A DNA stretch of 39,757 bases. Source: a virus. Positions 30,557 to 37,245 of this stretch are shown piece after piece. The stretch covers positions 1 through 39,757 of IMG/VR virus record IMGVR_UViG_3300022933_000001. The stretch is one strand, 5' to 3'. The notes below the pieces were generated by a model. That model was not told the DNA's origin and did not search any database. It was given only the letters and a program-made list of their open reading frames with translations. How positions within the stretch are numbered: the stretch's first letter is position 1; each line of letters begins with the position of its first letter. The translations under genes were made by a program, and so were the position numbers.

Positions 30557-33500
30557 ATGGCTGACAAATTAAATTTACAAGACCTACAAGACCCACAAGA
30601 CCCACAAGACCCTAAAAAGAAAAAGAGGGTGGGTGCTGTGGATAGGGTGTTTCCTATTGAAGAGCCTATAAAGACACACGCTCAGGTACAGCACGAAGAA
30701 GCACAAGTCAAAATACAAGACAGGACAGGATTCGTAGGAACCCTACAGGAGGGGGTAGAGTTTATGGCGATGAAACTCCCTACTACTTTGACGGGATTAG
30801 GGATTATGAAAATAGCATCCCCTAGTTTTACCCCTGACAATTCTTATCGAATGAGTGAAGATTTCATGCGCTCAATATCGCTAACAGTACCAAGAGAACA
30901 CCAACAATATATACTAGCTTCTGAATCAGAGGAGGAAGCTAAGTGGCGTTATACTGACGTTCAAGGACGGCTTAAAAACGAGGCGCATTTGGCTGAGTAT
31001 GGGTTTGGTGGAAATGTAGTGGGGCTACTCACAGACCTCCTTGACCCTTCCATGTTAGCTACTTTTGGGGTTGGAGTTAAAGTGGCAAATGTTGCAATGG
31101 GAGCTAAGACTTTGACTGCCGCAGAGATGGCACAGGCGCGGGGGATTTTTAATAGTAAGCTACGGGCTGCAGGGATAACGGAAGCTCAACTCAGAGCTGA
31201 TTTAGAAGCAGTAATTAAAGCAACAGGTAGCGGTGCTAAAACAGTACAGCTATCCGATGAATATTATAAAGTTATAGCAGAGGCTAGAGCAGCAGGCATG
31301 AGATATCTCTCACGCCCCACCTTGACTGAAAGCGTTGTTAGGACTGCGGCAGGTTTTGGAGCAGTAGAGACAGCTAGGGCAAGCTTAAATCCTTTAATAG
31401 ATGAGGAAGATGTTTTATATGCAATTGCTGCGGGAGCTGTAGCGGGCGGAGGTTTATTTCACCCCCTCGGACGCGCTTGGAGGGCAATAAAACAAGGTCC
31501 TTTACCTCCTCCTGAATATATAGGAGGGGTAGGCAAAGGTCCTTGGAGACCTAGACTAGGCGGAGGTTATGATGGACCTGCGGGACCTAAAGGCGGAGGC
31601 GGAAGCCCTAGCATCATACCCCCATCTCCTGACGGTAAGATGCCTACTCCTGAGATGTTCGGGTTACCTGCACCTCACCCTAAAATGCGTATCCCTACGC
31701 ACGTCCCCCTTGAAGGACCTAGTGGACCTAGTGGACCTAGCGGGAGACTGCCACAACTAAACGCGCCGCAACCTGCCTCTACTCATGCCTTTGTTATACC
31801 TCCAAAAGGAGGAGGAGAGTCTGTCATTGTGCCTATTGGAGAGACAGACCCACGACCTATGTTCAAGTCATGGCATGTACTAAACTCACTACATCCTGAT
31901 ACTAAAATTGATGGGGTACTGAAGGCTCTTGAGAAAGCACAGGTATCTAAGTCAGAGATTGCTTACGTTATGAAATCGGGGCAGACGAAGGAGCAGTTAG
32001 AGGCTTTAGCGTTTTTAGATAATTGGGAGAGTTTCTCGACGGGTTATGAGACCAACGCGCTTGATATGAACGAATGGGTTGAGAGAGGTTTTACGGAAAC
32101 CATCCGTGGAGACCGCAATTTCTCTCATAAGCAATTCGCAGAACTTTATAGCGACTATATAGGAGATGATTATTATATAAAGGCGTGGGATATAGGGGTG
32201 TTGCAGAGGAAAGCTCTTAATTTACTTGACGAGAATACCAATATAGCTATAGTGAAGGCTAAAGTCATTGTGGAGGAGAAGTATGACGCCCTCCGTGAAG
32301 CTCATATAGCAGAAACTATATCTATATTAAATGACGCAAAGGCAGGGTTAGATGCGGAATATCACGACGCTTTCCCATTACTAGAAAGATTAGTTGAGTA
32401 TTCTAAGACAAGAGTATCCTATGAAGATTCGGCACTCCGCCTTTTTGAGAAATTAAGTCATGTTCAAAGTTATGACTCATTCCTTGAGGACGTAGATATA
32501 ATTGCGCATCGCTTTTCACCCCTGCTACTCATGAGAAACTCTGACTTTCTCATGATGTTCAAGGCGGTGCAGGAGTTAGGTCATATCCATAATACTATAC
32601 TTGATAGGCTTGCTAATGTATCTGATGGAAATACTTACAGCGTTACCCATACTGAACACTCGCTTGGATACCTCCGTGGACTAGAAATATTCGATATGAC
32701 GGAGTTAGCAGAGAAACACGGAAATCTTTTGCAGATAGACGCAGCTGCTGCAAGGATGTTTTATAAGGCTAAACTACTAAATGAGGTAGGTCCTGCACCT
32801 GAGGCTCCCCTAGAGAAACTTAGAAAAGTTATAGGAGGCACAAGAGAACTAACAGCTCAGAAGCTAGTGAAGAACTATGCGCTTCCTATGATTACTACTG
32901 AGTCTTTTTTAAGTCATATAAAACCCCCCATTACAGAAGAAGTAAAGAACTTGAAGGATAGTTTATTGTTCTTGAAGAGGGAAAGAAATAGACTACTAGA
33001 TTCGATAAAGGAGGAAGAACTAGAGATAAAACTTGCGGAGGAAAAGATACGATACGGGGAGAGCCAACGCGCAAACCCTGATGAAGATACTACCGAAGTC
33101 CTCATGGAAGCATTTGGCACATCCGCCCAAGAAGCATTAGATATTGCAGAGCAGAGATTATCGGTACAGCAAGATAATTTAGCCCATGTAGCGCTAGAAA
33201 TAGAAGATACCATAGCCATGATAAGTAGTGCGTCGATGGTGGGCTTCGGCAATATCCCATACAAAGGTGCAAAGACTTCTGACGTAGTTCCGTATAGTGA
33301 TTCTAAATATAAAAGCCTACCTGTGAATGTTACTGTCATTAGTTCTCCTTCTATTGTTAATTGGAGGAGGCTGCACGATAGTATATTAGGAGCGGGCGGT
33401 TTGGGTTGGGTGCGATGGAGTGCTACCGATGGGGTAGGTATAAAAACCGAAGTATTTGAGAATCAAAACGACCAAACGAAAGGAGAACATACTAAAAAGG

Positions 33501-36500
33501 CAGAAATGGACCCTGAAAGAAAGATGTTAGTTGCTTCACTAGCGTATCAAAGTGCCTATGCAAACATCATAGAGATGGTAAGGTTTGGGGGGCGTGAGAT
33601 AAAGTTTGCAAGTGCTGCGGAAATTCGTGCAAAATCATCAGGCTCTAACCCATCGGATTGGCTTTACGAGGATAAACTTCCCACATTCTACAGAAGATTA
33701 GCTGAGGCTTATGGCTTGAAGTATACTGAGACAGAGGTAATAAGAAACCCGTCTGATACTTATGCTACTTTTAATAAAATTAGAACAGAATTTAGTAGAA
33801 AAGGATTAAAGGAAGAGGCAGAGAAGTACCTCGATTTAATCAGAAGGCAGCAGTACGAACAAGCAGGCGATTGGGCTTATACTAAAATGGGCGGGGAAGC
33901 GTCTGAGTATATGGTGGGTGATTTAACTAAAGAGGCTGCGACTATCGGTAAGAACTATCAGTCTTTCTTAAAGACTAATAAGTACCCACAACGTATCCTC
34001 CGCTTTACGGAGTCAGAAGCTAAGAGGTTCTTAGATAACGCACCTAGATTCCTTAATCCGTTCGCCGCCCCGAAGAGTGTTGTTCAGAAACCTGCGAAGG
34101 CTCTAACCCCTGATGAGCTTACTATCCGTGAACTTGAACGCCTGCTTCCTGCGGAGGCTTTGGATGCTATTGGGTTCAATGTGAAGTTCCCTCGTGAGAT
34201 TATGGAGCAGGCGATGTTCCAAACAGTCGGTGCGGATTATATCGTACCGTTGAGAGATGACATGGGGATGGCGGAACTTAAAGAGATTGTCGCACGAGAG
34301 AATCTTGGAGTTACTCACAGGTCTATGAAGGGTTTAAGGAAAAGGATAACTCTTGCACGAGTTCAGAGACAGGCGGCTGTAACTCAACCTGACCTACGTC
34401 CTGTTATAGTGCCTCAAAGCGTTGCTGATAACTTCCCTGAGATTACTGAAGAAACAGGATTCGTTATCGTTCCTGACGGTGGAATCATGGCTCCAACAGG
34501 CGGAGGAGAAAAGCCACCTACTGTACCACCTACAGCCGACGGCACTACACCGCCTCCTTCTGACCCTGAACCAACACCCGAACCTCTACCTTTTGAGGAT
34601 GTATTAAAACTCATGTATGAGGTAATACCTGCGGCGGGTATGGAGAATATGAGAGGAGGTGCTAAATTTGCTTACAGTCTTTCATATCTTTTAGGTAGAA
34701 GTGACGGACCTGCATCTCTAAGATTCTTACACCACTTCGCTCTTCAGACTCTAATCTCCCCTGTAGATTTACAGGGTGAGAATGTTCCTGTAGGAATAGC
34801 CGCTGATATGAAGGCGGATTCGTTTACTAGAGCTGACTTATCGAAAGTCGGAGAGGAAGTTCAAGGTCTATTTGATTCTTGGTACACAGAAAATAAACAC
34901 CGTTTCCCTTTTATAGGAGGGGAGAAGGCTGTAAGACTACGCAATGCTCAAGAAGACTTCTACCGTCAGGTGTTTGAAGGACTACACGGTAAACCTATTA
35001 CTGACCTCCGTGTACAGTTATCCGTAGATGCTTTCAATAAAGCTAACGCACGGAACGCAAAGAAGATACATGAGAGTGGACTTTCAGAAACTTTATTGGA
35101 ATCTGAAGGATACGCACCGCACTCATGGCTTGTAAAGCAGGTAGGTAATAACATTAGATTGTATGGTCTTGACGTAATGACTTCATTATTTCGTGATGGT
35201 CTTCTAAAACTTAACCCTCACTTTACTGAGAGACAGGCTACACTAATAGCTAAATCATTACTAATAAACGTAAACACACGGGGTTTAGATGTAGATTATG
35301 AAAGCACTAGCGGTGTAGGCGAGGATAGCTTCGCTGCTTTAGAGCGTAAACTCTCCGCTGTGCCTGATATAACCGCAGAAGAAATAGCTGAGATACTAAG
35401 CGTAACTAAAAAGGTTCCAAATAAACCTTCTTTCTTACGCAACCGAACAGAGTTAGACATCTTTACTTCACAGGCTATGCGGAATAAAGAGACAGGCGAG
35501 ATGGACACAGTATCTATTATAGATATGTTGAATACCAACGCCGCTTCTCTGTTGGTCCACCACCAACGCCAACTTAACGGTCAGCTTATGTACCGTGAGA
35601 TGATGACAGAGTTGGCTAAGTTCTTAGGGAAGCCCGAAGCTACTTGGGAAGACTTGAAGGAGTTGGCTAAGTTTGAGATGTTACAACGTGGAGAGAATAA
35701 CGCGGAGACTATGGAGTTAATCGAACACGTCCAACGGATTGTTCTCGGTATACCCATCGACCCCGCACAAGGTAAGTGGGGAGAGTATGCTCGGATACTA
35801 CAGAAGTTCTCTCTCGCCGCCTTTGGTGCTACCTTCGGTATTGCCGCATTAGCTGAAGGAGGACAAGCGGTAGCTATGTCTTCTTTGGAATCAATGCAAC
35901 GGATGTTCCCTGAAATGCAAGCCATTATGATGGATGTCTTAGCAGGTAACATGACTAAGAGCGAACTAGCTAGAGAGCTACAGAACTACGCAGGAATAGC
36001 CCATCCTAAATTCGGTAGAGGGACTAACATGAACCGTGAGTTTGACCACATTGCTGAGGACGTGCAAGGCATGGTCGAGTCTCTTCTAGATTTCTTAGGT
36101 GAGAAGGCATTATCTTTCGGTGGTCTACTCGCTTTAGATACAATGCAAAGGCTGTGGTCAGCTATCTTATTTACTGACAATCTAGTAAACGGTGTACTTG
36201 CAGGTGGGATGCCATACTCTAGGATACACTTGGCGCAGATAGGACTAACTCCTGACATGGCGTATAGAGTTGTAGCTATGATTAACAAGCATGGTAAACT
36301 TTATGATGCCGCCAATGGTGGTAAGAAGATAGGACGATGCCACCCTGAGAATTGGGAAGATATAGAAGCGGCGGAAGCCTTCCGTTGGGCTTTGAACTTA
36401 CACTCTCGAAGGACCATCCACGAGGCGATGAAGGGTCAGTACCACCACAAGTTCCAAGGTCAGATAGGTAGATTGTTTTGGCAGTTCCGTACCTTTATGC

Positions 36501-37024
36501 TATCAGCCTATGAAGGTCAAGCGGTCACCGCAGTACAAGGAATGCAACACGGGGATAAGAGAGCCGCATTTGGTTTACTTACCAACTCTATGTTTGCAGG
36601 TCTTTCCTATATAGCAGGAGTTTTAGTGCGCTACGGACACGATGAAGAGAAGGTGAAGAAGTATCTAACTATGGAGCAGATAGCAAAAGGTATGTTAGTT
36701 AAGTCAGGTTGGTTTACAATAGGTATGCCTATCCTTGATTCAGTACAGAGATTCAGAGGTGAAAGCCCTCTGTTCTCCTACGCCCACACTAATACAGGAC
36801 TTGCATCTAGTGCGCTGATGGGTTCACCTTCAGTAGCTATCGCTGACGCTTTGGCGGGTGTTGTTAAGAGTGTAGTAGCTCCTGTAACCAACCCCAACTA
36901 TAAATATAGTAAACAAGATTGGAGAAATATAGAAACGCTCGCTCCTCTTCACGGGCTAATAGGATGGGGAAACTCTTTGAAAATGATAGGCGATAGACTA
37001 CCCGAAAAATCTAAAGGAAACTAA
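30557..37024 (+). CDS. giant internal core/ejection protein, gp16-like (2155 aa)
   Basis: It is the last internal-protein gene before the fibre. The ORF is uninterrupted for 6468 nt. No SLT catalytic motif is visible at the N-terminus. Confidence 0.7.
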   Translation: MADKLNLQDLQDPQDPQDPKKKKRVGAVDRVFPIEEPIKTHAQVQHEEAQVKIQDRTGFVGTLQEGVEFMAMKLPTTLTGLGIMKIASPSFTPDNSYRMSEDFMRSISLTVPREHQQYILASESEEEAKWRYTDVQGRLKNEAHLAEYGFGGNVVGLLTDLLDPSMLATFGVGVKVANVAMGAKTLTAAEMAQARGIFNSKLRAAGITEAQLRADLEAVIKATGSGAKTVQLSDEYYKVIAEARAAGMRYLSRPTLTESVVRTAAGFGAVETARASLNPLIDEEDVLYAIAAGAVAGGGLFHPLGRAWRAIKQGPLPPPEYIGGVGKGPWRPRLGGGYDGPAGPKGGGGSPSIIPPSPDGKMPTPEMFGLPAPHPKMRIPTHVPLEGPSGPSGPSGRLPQLNAPQPASTHAFVIPPKGGGESVIVPIGETDPRPMFKSWHVLNSLHPDTKIDGVLKALEKAQVSKSEIAYVMKSGQTKEQLEALAFLDNWESFSTGYETNALDMNEWVERGFTETIRGDRNFSHKQFAELYSDYIGDDYYIKAWDIGVLQRKALNLLDENTNIAIVKAKVIVEEKYDALREAHIAETISILNDAKAGLDAEYHDAFPLLERLVEYSKTRVSYEDSALRLFEKLSHVQSYDSFLEDVDIIAHRFSPLLLMRNSDFLMMFKAVQELGHIHNTILDRLANVSDGNTYSVTHTEHSLGYLRGLEIFDMTELAEKHGNLLQIDAAAARMFYKAKLLNEVGPAPEAPLEKLRKVIGGTRELTAQKLVKNYALPMITTESFLSHIKPPITEEVKNLKDSLLFLKRERNRLLDSIKEEELEIKLAEEKIRYGESQRANPDEDTTEVLMEAFGTSAQEALDIAEQRLSVQQDNLAHVALEIEDTIAMISSASMVGFGNIPYKGAKTSDVVPYSDSKYKSLPVNVTVISSPSIVNWRRLHDSILGAGGLGWVRWSATDGVGIKTEVFENQNDQTKGEHTKKAEMDPERKMLVASLAYQSAYANIIEMVRFGGREIKFASAAEIRAKSSGSNPSDWLYEDKLPTFYRRLAEAYGLKYTETEVIRNPSDTYATFNKIRTEFSRKGLKEEAEKYLDLIRRQQYEQAGDWAYTKMGGEASEYMVGDLTKEAATIGKNYQSFLKTNKYPQRILRFTESEAKRFLDNAPRFLNPFAAPKSVVQKPAKALTPDELTIRELERLLPAEALDAIGFNVKFPREIMEQAMFQTVGADYIVPLRDDMGMAELKEIVARENLGVTHRSMKGLRKRITLARVQRQAAVTQPDLRPVIVPQSVADNFPEITEETGFVIVPDGGIMAPTGGGEKPPTVPPTADGTTPPPSDPEPTPEPLPFEDVLKLMYEVIPAAGMENMRGGAKFAYSLSYLLGRSDGPASLRFLHHFALQTLISPVDLQGENVPVGIAADMKADSFTRADLSKVGEEVQGLFDSWYTENKHRFPFIGGEKAVRLRNAQEDFYRQVFEGLHGKPITDLRVQLSVDAFNKANARNAKKIHESGLSETLLESEGYAPHSWLVKQVGNNIRLYGLDVMTSLFRDGLLKLNPHFTERQATLIAKSLLINVNTRGLDVDYESTSGVGEDSFAALERKLSAVPDITAEEIAEILSVTKKVPNKPSFLRNRTELDIFTSQAMRNKETGEMDTVSIIDMLNTNAASLLVHHQRQLNGQLMYREMMTELAKFLGKPEATWEDLKELAKFEMLQRGENNAETMELIEHVQRIVLGIPIDPAQGKWGEYARILQKFSLAAFGATFGIAALAEGGQAVAMSSLESMQRMFPEMQAIMMDVLAGNMTKSELARELQNYAGIAHPKFGRGTNMNREFDHIAEDVQGMVESLLDFLGEKALSFGGLLALDTMQRLWSAILFTDNLVNGVLAGGMPYSRIHLAQIGLTPDMAYRVVAMINKHGKLYDAANGGKKIGRCHPENWEDIEAAEAFRWALNLHSRRTIHEAMKGQYHHKFQGQIGRLFWQFRTFMLSAYEGQAVTAVQGMQHGDKRAAFGLLTNSMFAGLSYIAGVLVRYGHDEEKVKKYLTMEQIAKGMLVKSGWFTIGMPILDSVQRFRGESPLFSYAHTNTGLASSALMGSPSVAIADALAGVVKSVVAPVTNPNYKYSKQDWRNIETLAPLHGLIGWGNSLKMIGDRLPEKSKGN
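30575..30610 (+). repeat. 9-bp tandem repeat x4 at the 5' end of the gp16-like gene
   Basis: TTACAAGAC CTACAAGAC CCACAAGAC CCACAAGAC, encoding LQD LQD PQD PQD. Confidence 0.9.
31715..31741 (+). repeat. 9-bp tandem repeat x3 (GPS GPS GPS) in the first Pro/Gly-rich linker of the gp16-like gene
   Basis: GGACCTAGT GGACCTAGT GGACCTAGC. Confidence 0.9.
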
Positions 37025-37245
37025 TGACTACCCACGACCAAGACTTACTCGTAGCTATCGGCAGACTCGAAGGCAAGATGGATGCTTTGATAGCTATCAC
37101 CAACGCTCACAATGAGATGATTCAGAAACATGATGAACGTCTTCGTGAGTTAGAGACTTCACGCTCTGCCCTGATAGGTGCAGTAGCTATCCTTTCCACA
37201 GCAATTAGTGCCGCCGTAGCGTGGCTCTCAGCAAACTCAGTATAA
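37024..37245 (+). CDS. small coiled-coil protein with C-terminal transmembrane segment (73 aa)
   Basis: Start and stop overlap the flanking genes (TAATG at both ends). The C-terminus is LIGAVAILSTAISAAVAWL. Confidence 0.55.
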   Translation: MTTHDQDLLVAIGRLEGKMDALIAITNAHNEMIQKHDERLRELETSRSALIGAVAILSTAISAAVAWLSANSV

